A stretch of DNA of 64,000 nt from Ignavibacteria bacterium (GTDB lineage: Bacteria > Bacteroidota > Ignavibacteria > UBA10030 > SZUA-254), in the NCBI GenBank assembly GCA_016178595.1, contig JACOSY010000013.1, positions 153,181-217,180 on the forward strand. Reading direction: 5' to 3'. Below the pieces are notes generated by a model that saw only the letters and a list, made by a program, of their open reading frames with translations, did no database searches and had not been told where the DNA came from. Shown here piece after piece: positions 37,432 through 46,110 of the stretch. Positions within the stretch are counted from its first letter, which is position 1. The number at the start of each line of letters is the position of its first letter. A program made the position numbers and the translations under genes.

Positions 37432-39258
37432 TTACGTTCTCCAAATCTTCCCCCACTTTTGATCGATACGTTTCACGATGTCGTCGCTCATCACGAGCGG
37501 TTTGGGATAACCGGGTTTCCACGTGGCGTCGATGCCCAGAACACCACTATATATAGGGCTGATGCCATGGAGCCTGGTTTCCGTGAAAACCACATCCCGT
37601 TCGCAATCGAAGCGGGTAAAGACTCCCCAAATATAACTCTCTTTATTCTGAATATCCACGTCGGGAGAGACGAGAGCGATCAGTTTCAGACTGGAGAGTT
37701 CCGCCAACGATATAAGCTTTTGTAAAACCTTTGTGCTGGTTTGAGTTTCGGGGTTTGAGGATTGGGGAGGAACATTTGTTAGCGGCGGTTCTACTTTGAC
37801 AAGAAGCAACGTGTTCTCGATAAGATTGGTTTCAATGATTCGGCGGTCGTGCTGACTTAATTGTAAACAATATTCCTTGAGTTTCTCTTCTTGTCTCGAA
37901 CCTCGAACCTCGAACCCCAAACCTCTTCCCGGTTTTCTCGTCGCGTCAAGAATCATCTTGCTGCCAAGGTTCATCGTGTAGCTCGTGAAGTCAAGCGTAT
38001 CGAGAGGGACTTTGGGAATCATGATGAAGTCGTAATGGGGATCGAAGTTCGCTTTGACTTCCTTCATCACGGCATGGAAGTCGCGCACATTTACTCCCGA
38101 GGAGACGGTGATCATGCACTTTGTGAGCGACAACTGATCGGTGCCCATCAACCCGAGGGCGGCTTTCATCGCTTCTTTCTGGTAACGCTGTTCGATCGCA
38201 ACGACGAGCAAGTTGTGGAAGCCCGCTTCGTAGTATGCCCAGAGGTCAGTGACTTCTTTGTGGATGAGCTTTGCGAGTGGTCCGAGTATCTGCTGCGTCG
38301 CGTCGCCGAGGAATTTATCTTCCATAGGCGGTTTGCCGACGACGATTGCAGGATAGATTGGATTTTTCCGATGCGTTATTGCTTTGAGATGAAAGACAGG
38401 AAATTCACTCGCAGCAGAGTAATGACCGAAGTGATCGCCGAACGGTCCTTCCATCCTTCGTTCTTTCTGCGGCACAACACCTTCGAGAATGAACTCGGCA
38501 GAGGCAGGAACGTCAATAGAAATTGTCCTTGCGCGCGTAAATGTAACACGGCGATTCTGGAGGAAGCCGGCAAACATCGCTTCATCGATTCCTTCCGGAA
38601 GCGGAGCAACTGTTGCGAGCAGCAGCGCAGGATCGGTGCCAAGTGCAACGGCAAGCTCCAAGTTTCCTCCCAGCTTTTCTGACTGAAAATAATGGAAGCC
38701 GCCCCCTTTCTGTATCTGCCAGTGCATGCCGGTGGTTTTCGCATCAAACACGTGCATGCGATAGATACCGATGTTCCGCTTCGCGTCGCGTGGATCGTAC
38801 GTGATGATTTGTCCGTACGTGATAAAACGCCCGCCGTCTTCCGGCCAGCAAACCTGGATTGGCAGCGCGTCAAAATTCGGTGCGGCTACTACTTCCTGTG
38901 AGATTCCCGATGAAACAAGTTTCGATCGAGCTTTGAAGAATCGTTTGACAGTCTGCTTGTTATCGAGCATCGCCCTGAGTGTTGGAGGAAATGCCCGTTC
39001 AAGAAAGTGAATCAGTTCTTCGCCGATCTGATCGGGATGCCGTTCGAGCGCAAGTTCGATCCGCTTGTTGCTTGCAAAATGGTTCACGACGAGAGGAAAC
39101 TGCGAGCCTGTGGCGTGTTCGATGAAGAGAGCGGGCTTTCCTTCCCGCAATGCTCTGATAGAAAGTTCTGTCAGCTCTAAGGCAGGATCAATTTCAACGG
39201 AGGTGCGGTGAAGTTCGCCGTTGCGTTCAAGGATGTGGAGAAATTCTCGGAGGGCCAC
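37432..39258 (-). CDS. UbiD family decarboxylase (menaquinone biosynthesis)
   Basis: WPEDGGRF, NIGIYRM, EGPFGDHFGHYS, GKPPMED, GIDATWK. Confidence 0.92.
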   Translation of the reverse strand: MALREFLHILERNGELHRTSVEIDPALELTELSIRALREGKPALFIEHATGSQFPLVVNHFASNKRIELALERHPDQIGEELIHFLERAFPPTLRAMLDNKQTVKRFFKARSKLVSSGISQEVVAAPNFDALPIQVCWPEDGGRFITYGQIITYDPRDAKRNIGIYRMHVFDAKTTGMHWQIQKGGGFHYFQSEKLGGNLELAVALGTDPALLLATVAPLPEGIDEAMFAGFLQNRRVTFTRARTISIDVPASAEFILEGVVPQKERRMEGPFGDHFGHYSAASEFPVFHLKAITHRKNPIYPAIVVGKPPMEDKFLGDATQQILGPLAKLIHKEVTDLWAYYEAGFHNLLVVAIEQRYQKEAMKAALGLMGTDQLSLTKCMITVSSGVNVRDFHAVMKEVKANFDPHYDFIMIPKVPLDTLDFTSYTMNLGSKMILDATRKPGRGLGFEVRGSRQEEKLKEYCLQLSQHDRRIIETNLIENTLLLVKVEPPLTNVPPQSSNPETQTSTKVLQKLISLAELSSLKLIALVSPDVDIQNKESYIWGVFTRFDCERDVVFTETRLHGISPIYSGVLGIDATWKPGYPKPLVMSDDIVKRIDQKWGKIWRT

Positions 39259-39264
39259 AAGTCG

Positions 39265-39816
39265 CTACTCCAGTTCCTCTGCCCGCCAGCCGCGCACATC
39301 GCGCACGCCGATGATGCCAAGGACCTTGTCGACAAATCCCGCTACATATTCTTCAACGGTCTTCGGAACAAAGTACAATGGCGGACTGATCGGCATGATG
39401 ATTGCGCCATCACGAGAAAGTTTCGCACACTGTTCCAGCGCAGTCGTGGACAGCGGCGTCTCGCGCACACAAAGGATAAGCTTGTAACGCTCCTTCAATG
39501 CAACTTGAGCTGCTCGTGTAATGAGAGTGTCGCCAATCCCTGAAGCAATCTTTCCGAGAGTGGAAGTCGAGCAGGGAAGAATGACGTATGCATCGAACTT
39601 GTTCGAGCCGGATGCGAGAGGTGCCGTGAGATCATCATTCGGAAACTGTCGCTTGATGAATTGTCGAAGATCTTTCTCCGTCATGTTCACTTCGTCTTTC
39701 AGCAGCGCTTTCCCCCATTTGCTGACGATAAGGAACTTGTCGCCAGGGCAGCGTTTCAAGAAATCGACCGCATATACTGCGCCAGACGAGCCTGTAATAC
39801 CCACGACGATTCTCAC
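39265..39816 (-). CDS. ubiX: UbiX family flavin prenyltransferase
   Basis: VGITGSSG, ASGS, PCS, RAAQVALKE, RETPL. Confidence 0.93.
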   Translation of the reverse strand: MRIVVGITGSSGAVYAVDFLKRCPGDKFLIVSKWGKALLKDEVNMTEKDLRQFIKRQFPNDDLTAPLASGSNKFDAYVILPCSTSTLGKIASGIGDTLITRAAQVALKERYKLILCVRETPLSTTALEQCAKLSRDGAIIMPISPPLYFVPKTVEEYVAGFVDKVLGIIGVRDVRGWRAEELE

Positions 39817-40646
39817 CGGACTACCGCCCCGGTAACAATCATGGCGAAGACGACAAAGCCCAATCCGGCATTAATCCTGAAGAAGGCAAGCTCGACGTTG
39901 GATGCTTTCCGCTGCTCGATCCACAGCATGCCGCCGGTGAGGAGCAAGAATGGTGTCGCGTACCACGTGCGGATTGTCGTGAAGAAGAGGAACGCAAGGC
40001 ATGCAAACGCGACAAGGTGGAAAAATGACGACCATACGAGCGCTTTCTTTCTGCCGAAGCGGGAGACAAAAGAGTAGAGCCGCTCTTTGCGATCGAAATC
40101 TTCATCGAGTGTTGCATAAATGATATCGAACCCGGCACCCCAGAAAACGGTGAAGAGACACAGAAGAACTGCCGGCACGATATTATCGAATGACGGAGAT
40201 GCAGCAAAATACCCGCCAAGCGGCGCCATCGACATTCCAAGACCAACACCGAAGTGTGCAAGTGCTGTGAAGCGCTTCATGTAGGGATACACGGTGAAGA
40301 TCACAAGTGGAATCGGTGAGAGCATCAAACAGAATGACGAGATGAGCGCTGCCGATCCAAAGTAGATTGCGCTGCCGGCAATGAGAACACCGAGCGCCTC
40401 TTTCAATGTCATGTTCCCGCTTGGAAGCTCGCGCATTGCAGTTCGTGGATTGCGCTTATCGATATCGCGATCGATGATACGGTTGAGTGCAAAAGCAATT
40501 GTTCGCGCACCAACAGCGCTTACAAGGACGAAGAGCAAAAGTCTTACGGATGGAAGTTCCTGCATTCCCAGAAGAACACCGCTATAGATGAGTGGAAGCG
40601 TGAAGAGCGTATGCTCGATCTTGACAAAATCGAAGAATTTTTTCAA
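39813..40646 (-). CDS. UbiA-like polyprenyltransferase (MqnP type)
   Basis: KIEHTLFTLP, NRIIDRDIDKRNPRTAMRELP, YPYMKRF, GFDIIYA; TTG start 40646 preferred. Confidence 0.92.
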   Translation of the reverse strand: MKKFFDFVKIEHTLFTLPLIYSGVLLGMQELPSVRLLLFVLVSAVGARTIAFALNRIIDRDIDKRNPRTAMRELPSGNMTLKEALGVLIAGSAIYFGSAALISSFCLMLSPIPLVIFTVYPYMKRFTALAHFGVGLGMSMAPLGGYFAASPSFDNIVPAVLLCLFTVFWGAGFDIIYATLDEDFDRKERLYSFVSRFGRKKALVWSSFFHLVAFACLAFLFFTTIRTWYATPFLLLTGGMLWIEQRKASNVELAFFRINAGLGFVVFAMIVTGAVVR

Positions 40647-40806
40647 GGCGGTGTGTTGATTGATAGTACAATTTGAAAAAATATAGACAAAATTCAATTT
40701 CGAATCAAGAACGTCACGACCTGAAGAGAAACGAATCATCGCCATCCGGAGGAGGGAGCGGTTGCTACAGTGTCTTGATGAAATCAAACGTAGCCATGTG
40801 CATTTC

Positions 40807-40835
40807 TTGAATCTTTCAATGGATTTGTGTATACT
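40807..40835 (+). promoter_or_regulatory. Sigma70 promoter of the PPIase operon
   Basis: TTGAAT-N17-TATACT. Confidence 0.6.
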
Positions 40836-40897
40836 ATCAGTTCGAAAACCGCAAAAATCCACCCTATTTGCACTTGCAAACGAAAGGAAGTAAAAGG

Positions 40898-42916
40898 ATG
40901 ACCGTCGTTCGTGGGCTCATGGCAGCCCTTCTCGTTACCATTATATTTGCCGTCATGCCCGGATGTTCTCCGAAGGCCAGTGACGTTGTCGTGCTCGAAG
41001 TTGGCACATCAAAAGTGAGTCTTGTCGAGTACGAAGATTTCTACACGCGCAACAGCGGAAGCCGTGACGCTGCAAAGCGCAGCTCGACGGAAGAGCGCGA
41101 GCACTTCCTCGATCTCCTGACCAATTACAAATTGAAATTGCAGGATGCCTATGACAACAGCCTTCTCGACGACCCTGAGATTCGGAAGGAGTTGGCGGAA
41201 TACCGGTCGAGCCTCGCATCAACCTTTATGCTTGAACGCGAGATCACAGAGCCCGGTATCAAACAACTCTACGAGCGACGAAAAGTCAACATCCATGCTG
41301 GCCATATTTTGCTTTCGGTGAAACCAGATGCGTCACCCGAGGACACACTGAAAGCCTACACGAAGGCGCGAGATCTCATTCAAAGAGCAAAATCGGGCGA
41401 GTCATTCGATTCGTTGGCAATCCAATATTCGGAAGATCCCTCGGTGAAATCGAACCACGGCGATCTCTATTATTTTTCCAGCGGTGTGTGGGTGAAGCCA
41501 TTCGAAGATGGCGCGTATGCCTTGAAAAAAGGCGAGATTTCTCCTTTGCCGGTTCGGTCGGTATTCGGCTATCATATCATCAAGGTACTCGACATCGAGC
41601 CATCCAGATCGCTTAGAGTTCGCCACATTATGGCACGTTTCCAATCGATGAATCCTGATTCTGCCGACAGTGCTGGGGCACTTATGCGAATTCATGGCAT
41701 GCAAGATAGCTTGAAGAAGGGATGGGATTTCGAAAAACTCACAGTGAAGCTCTCTGAAGATGCAGGAAGTGCAAACGACGGCGGGTTGCTTCCATGGTTT
41801 GAACGGCGACGATTTGTCGAACCGTTTGAGCGCGCCGCATTTGCACTTAAACCTAATCAGCTTTCCGATATCGTACGCACGCCATTTGGCTTCCACCTGA
41901 TCCGACTTGATAGCGTGACCGAACTAGCATCCTATACTCAATTGCATGATCAGCTCAAGAGTGTATACCAAAAAGCGCGGTACAACGACGACTTTTCAAC
42001 ATACCTTGTCGAACTCAAAAAGGAATTTAACTACTCGTTCAACGAACAAACATTAGCCGCATTGCTTTCGCAACTCGATTCTACGAAAACCACTGACGAT
42101 AGCGCATGGGATGGCACAGTGAGCAAAGATGTGCGAGCGATGACGCTTCTGACCGTAGGTACACGATCATTTTCCGTTGACGAAATTCTTTCGGTCTTTG
42201 CAAGAAAGACTGAATATCGCGCAACCTCACTGCGTCGACCCGAGCTTACCCCAAAGTTTGAACGGATTGCAGAGACGGTTCTGCTGGATGCGAAATCGGC
42301 TGGGCTGGAATCACGCTATCCCGAGTTCGCAGCATTGATGAAGGAGTATACGGATGGCGTCGTGCTCTATAAGGCTGAACAACTCGAGGTCTGGAACAAA
42401 ACCTCAGTCACAGATTCAGCATTGAAAGCGTACTTTGAGCGGAACCGGGACAAGTTTATATTCCCTGAACGTGTCAACATTAACGAAATTAATCTTGAAT
42501 CGGATACACTTGCCGTTTTGGTGTATGATTCACTCGTTCACGGCGCTGATTTTAGCAGCCTTGCTTCGCGATGGAATGACGATCAAAGCCTAAAGCTGCA
42601 AAAAGGCGCGCGTGGACTTGTGAACGTCGAGACTGACGAAGCTTCCAAGCATGCAGCCTCATTGAACGTCGGTGAATTTTCGGAGCCGATCGATCTTGAA
42701 CAAGGAGGCTCTGTCATTGTTCAGCTTGTCGGCCGGGAGCCTGCTCGCCAAAAGACGTACGAGGAAGCAGGCGCCGAAGTCTCAAACGCCTATCAGGAGT
42801 ATGCCTCCAAGCAGCTCGAGCAGAACTGGATCGAACGGATCAAACAGCGGCATCCGATCAAGCAGTACAAGGAAAATTTGAAGAAGGCATTCGAATCGCA
42901 GCACCCATCCCGTTAA
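40898..42916 (+). CDS. Multi-domain PpiC-type peptidylprolyl isomerase, lipoprotein
   Basis: HAGHIL..YSEDP..GDL..PFE..FGYHII repeated; VMPGC lipobox. Confidence 0.9.
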   Translation: MTVVRGLMAALLVTIIFAVMPGCSPKASDVVVLEVGTSKVSLVEYEDFYTRNSGSRDAAKRSSTEEREHFLDLLTNYKLKLQDAYDNSLLDDPEIRKELAEYRSSLASTFMLEREITEPGIKQLYERRKVNIHAGHILLSVKPDASPEDTLKAYTKARDLIQRAKSGESFDSLAIQYSEDPSVKSNHGDLYYFSSGVWVKPFEDGAYALKKGEISPLPVRSVFGYHIIKVLDIEPSRSLRVRHIMARFQSMNPDSADSAGALMRIHGMQDSLKKGWDFEKLTVKLSEDAGSANDGGLLPWFERRRFVEPFERAAFALKPNQLSDIVRTPFGFHLIRLDSVTELASYTQLHDQLKSVYQKARYNDDFSTYLVELKKEFNYSFNEQTLAALLSQLDSTKTTDDSAWDGTVSKDVRAMTLLTVGTRSFSVDEILSVFARKTEYRATSLRRPELTPKFERIAETVLLDAKSAGLESRYPEFAALMKEYTDGVVLYKAEQLEVWNKTSVTDSALKAYFERNRDKFIFPERVNINEINLESDTLAVLVYDSLVHGADFSSLASRWNDDQSLKLQKGARGLVNVETDEASKHAASLNVGEFSEPIDLEQGGSVIVQLVGREPARQKTYEEAGAEVSNAYQEYASKQLEQNWIERIKQRHPIKQYKENLKKAFESQHPSR

Positions 42917-42966
42917 GTAGATCTCGTCTAAACACGTGGCTCGTAGTCAGTACGACGGTATTCTCG

Positions 42967-43797
42967 TTGTGGGTCGTCGGCTGCCAATCGCAACCGGGGA
43001 CGAACAGGAAACAAGTCATTGCCCGCGTTGGCGATGTCGAACTCACAATCGACGAGGCAAAGCTTTATATCGATACGACAAGAGGTGAAGTTGATGCGCA
43101 ACTTCGGAATTACGTTTCGTACTGGGTGAATACCGAGCTTGTCTATCATGAGGCAAAACGTTTGGGGATTGACCGGTCGGAAGAGTTTACCCGCCAGCTC
43201 GCAGGCGTTGAGCAACACCTCGCAGGCCAACTTTTCCTCGATCGCAAGGTGTATACCGACAGCGAGAATGTACGCGACGAAGCACTGCAGGAATACTTCA
43301 CAGTCCACGCCTCGGAATTCATCATCCACGACGATATGGTGAAACTGAATGTTGCCGCCTTCAACAACCGCGAGCGGGCAAGTGCGTTTGCCGCGCATGT
43401 TTCGCAGGGCACATCGTGGAGCGATGCCATCACACATCTACAGAAAGATACCGTAACGGCTTCCGGTATTCTCTCCTCCACCGTTGGTGAGTACTTCACC
43501 CCGCAAACACTTTTCCCACGAGAACTCTGGAAGGTAGCGCAGGCCCTCGACGTGAACGAAGTCTCATTCCCGATAAAGACACTTGCAGGCTACGTGATCA
43601 TCCAGGTACTTGGAAGCCTTAAGCAGGGTAGTCCGGCAACGTATGAGCTTGCCCGGGACGAGGCACGACAACGCTTCCTTCTCGATCGCCGGCGGCGGCA
43701 ATACGATGAATTGCTCGAAACCCTGCGAAAGCGATACACAGTTCAAGTATTATTAGATTCACGCATTGCATCGGATTCAACCCATGCTCATGAATAA
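42967..43797 (+). CDS. PPIase-like lipoprotein (true start upstream, unclear)
   Basis: VVGC lipobox, VIARVGD, degenerate rotamase domain; lies between two PPIase genes. Confidence 0.8.
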   Translation: MWVVGCQSQPGTNRKQVIARVGDVELTIDEAKLYIDTTRGEVDAQLRNYVSYWVNTELVYHEAKRLGIDRSEEFTRQLAGVEQHLAGQLFLDRKVYTDSENVRDEALQEYFTVHASEFIIHDDMVKLNVAAFNNRERASAFAAHVSQGTSWSDAITHLQKDTVTASGILSSTVGEYFTPQTLFPRELWKVAQALDVNEVSFPIKTLAGYVIIQVLGSLKQGSPATYELARDEARQRFLLDRRRRQYDELLETLRKRYTVQVLLDSRIASDSTHAHE

Positions 43798-45082
43798 GTT
43801 TCTGTTCACTCTCATATTGCTTTGTCTCTCGATTCTCGGTGAAGTGTCTGTGGTTGCCCAGCTGACAGTCGTCGATCGGATTGTTGCCGTTGTCGGGAAG
43901 GAACCCATCCTGCTATCAGACCTCAACGCACAGGTGGAATTCTATACATTGAATAACCGCGTCGATTCTTCCACGCCGGGGCTCAAACAACAGGTGCTTG
44001 ATGCAATGGTCAACGAGAAGCTGATGTTAGCAAGCGCGCAGGAGGATACGAACATCGCCGTGAGGGAAGAAGACATCACCAATCAGCTTGAAGCACTCAT
44101 CGCCCAGCGCATTCAGCAGGTCGGCTCGGAGCAGCGGCTGGCAGAACTCTACGGTATGCCTATTAGCCGCATCAAGCGCGAATTCCGCGACGAGACACGC
44201 AAGCAACTGATGGTGCAAATGCTGCAGCAATCGAAGTTTGGCAATATCCAGGTCTCGCGACGCGAAGTAGAGGAATTTTTTTCACAGTACAAGGATAGTC
44301 TGCCGGCAGTGCCGGAAGAAGTAGAAGTCTATCATATCTTCAAAGTTCCGTCAGTGAGTATTACGGCGAAGAATGCCATCCGTACAAAGGCCCAGCACAT
44401 CCTTGATTCCATCCGCGCAGGCGGAGACTTTGCCGATTTTGCCCGGCGCTACTCTGAAGATCGCGCAACTGCGACATCCGGCGGCGATTTAGGGTCGTGG
44501 CACAGAGGGCAGTTCGTCGCCGAGTTCGAAGAGGCAGTATTCTCTTTGAAGGAAGGAGACTTATCCAACGTCGTTGAGACGTCTCGCGGATTTCATATCG
44601 TTCAACTCCTCGAACGCCGCGGCGACCTGGTGCATGCACGTCAGATCCTTTTCAAAGTAGGTCTCGATACGGCCGGCGTTCAGGAAACAAAAGCGCTCTT
44701 GCGGTCATTGAAAGATAGCGTTCTCAATAGACAGGCGATGTTCGCGGATATTGCGAAGAGGCATTCCGACGACAAGGAAACCGCGCCGCTCGGCGGATAT
44801 CTCGGTGAATACCCGCTTACACAACTTGATAAATCTCTCCAGGACGTTGTCAAGGATTTGAAGGAAGGCGAGATCAGCGAGCCGATGGAAGTTTCTGCCG
44901 GAACAACATCCACCGGTTACCAGGTCGTTTATGTAAAGAAGCGCGTGCCGGAACATGCCATGAACATACAGAATGACTGGAAGCGCATCGAGCAACTTGC
45001 CATGCAGTTCAAACGTACGAATGAGTACCAGAAGTGGATCAAGGAACTTCGATCTGAAATCTACTGGGACATTCGATTATAA
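43790..45082 (+). CDS. surA: SurA-like chaperone / peptidylprolyl isomerase
   Basis: VDRIVAVVG..ILLSD N-domain plus two parvulin domains. Confidence 0.85.
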   Translation: MNKFLFTLILLCLSILGEVSVVAQLTVVDRIVAVVGKEPILLSDLNAQVEFYTLNNRVDSSTPGLKQQVLDAMVNEKLMLASAQEDTNIAVREEDITNQLEALIAQRIQQVGSEQRLAELYGMPISRIKREFRDETRKQLMVQMLQQSKFGNIQVSRREVEEFFSQYKDSLPAVPEEVEVYHIFKVPSVSITAKNAIRTKAQHILDSIRAGGDFADFARRYSEDRATATSGGDLGSWHRGQFVAEFEEAVFSLKEGDLSNVVETSRGFHIVQLLERRGDLVHARQILFKVGLDTAGVQETKALLRSLKDSVLNRQAMFADIAKRHSDDKETAPLGGYLGEYPLTQLDKSLQDVVKDLKEGEISEPMEVSAGTTSTGYQVVYVKKRVPEHAMNIQNDWKRIEQLAMQFKRTNEYQKWIKELRSEIYWDIRL

Positions 45083-45096
45083 TAGAGAGGGAACTT

Positions 45097-46101
45097 GTGA
45101 GCGTACGACCGAATGTGAAACAACTGAATGATGTCGAAGCAGTCCAATCGCTGCAACAGAGTTTCAATGCCATCAGGTCCGAGATCGGAAAGGCAATCAT
45201 CGGGCAGGAGAAGATCGTCGAGCAACTGCTCATCTCGCTCCTGGCGCGTGGTCATTGTTTGCTGGTGGGTGTGCCGGGATTAGCGAAGACACTCCTCATC
45301 AAGACGCTGGCCGAAGTGCTGGACCTGAGGTTCAGCCGCATCCAGTTCACGCCCGATTTGATGCCGAGCGATATCACAGGAACGGAAATCATTGAAGACG
45401 ACCGTGCAACGGGGCGAAAGTCGTTCAAGTTCGTCAAAGGTCCTGTCTTTGCAAATATTCTCCTTGCCGATGAAATCAATCGCACACCTCCAAAGACGCA
45501 AGCGGCGCTTCTCGAGGCGATGCAAGAGCACCACGTGACAGCGGCAGGTCAGAAGTACGTTCTCGAAGAGCCGTTCTTCGTTCTGGCAACCCAGAATCCG
45601 ATCGAACAGGAAGGAACGTATCCGCTTCCCGAAGCGCAGCTCGATCGTTTCATGTTCAATCTCTGGCTCGACTATCCGTCGGAAAAAGAAGAGCAGGAGA
45701 TCGTCAAATCAACAACAAGTATGTACGTCCCAAAGCTCGATCATATCCTCGGGACGGAAGAAATACTCTTCTACCAAGATCTCGTGCGTCGCGTACCCGT
45801 CGCTGATAACGTCATTGCGTACGCCGTTGGACTTGTAACGCGCACTCGGCCGAAAATGGCGAATGCTCCACAGTTTATCCGGGATTGGCTTAGCTGGGGT
45901 GCCGGTCCACGTGCATCGCAGTACCTTATCCTTGGCGCGAAAACCCGTGCAATCCTGGACGGTCGTCACTCCCCCGATATCGATGACGTGCGGAGCGTAG
46001 TCGGGCCGGTGTTGCGGCATCGCATCGTGCCGAACTTCAATGCCGAAGCCGACGGCGTCACTTCCATCCAGATTATCGAGAAGCTTCTCGAAAACGACTG
46101 A
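45097..46101 (+). CDS. MoxR family AAA+ ATPase
   Basis: GVPGLAKT, RIQFTPDLMPSD, LADEINR, ATQNPIEQEGTYPLPEAQLDRF. Confidence 0.95.
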   Translation: MSVRPNVKQLNDVEAVQSLQQSFNAIRSEIGKAIIGQEKIVEQLLISLLARGHCLLVGVPGLAKTLLIKTLAEVLDLRFSRIQFTPDLMPSDITGTEIIEDDRATGRKSFKFVKGPVFANILLADEINRTPPKTQAALLEAMQEHHVTAAGQKYVLEEPFFVLATQNPIEQEGTYPLPEAQLDRFMFNLWLDYPSEKEEQEIVKSTTSMYVPKLDHILGTEEILFYQDLVRRVPVADNVIAYAVGLVTRTRPKMANAPQFIRDWLSWGAGPRASQYLILGAKTRAILDGRHSPDIDDVRSVVGPVLRHRIVPNFNAEADGVTSIQIIEKLLEND

Positions 46102-46110
46102 GGTAAACGA

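Noticed and set aside
40647-40862. 72-aa N-terminal extension of the UbiA-like ORF
   Set aside because: Spans the divergent promoter region; family similarity starts near KKFFDFVKIEH
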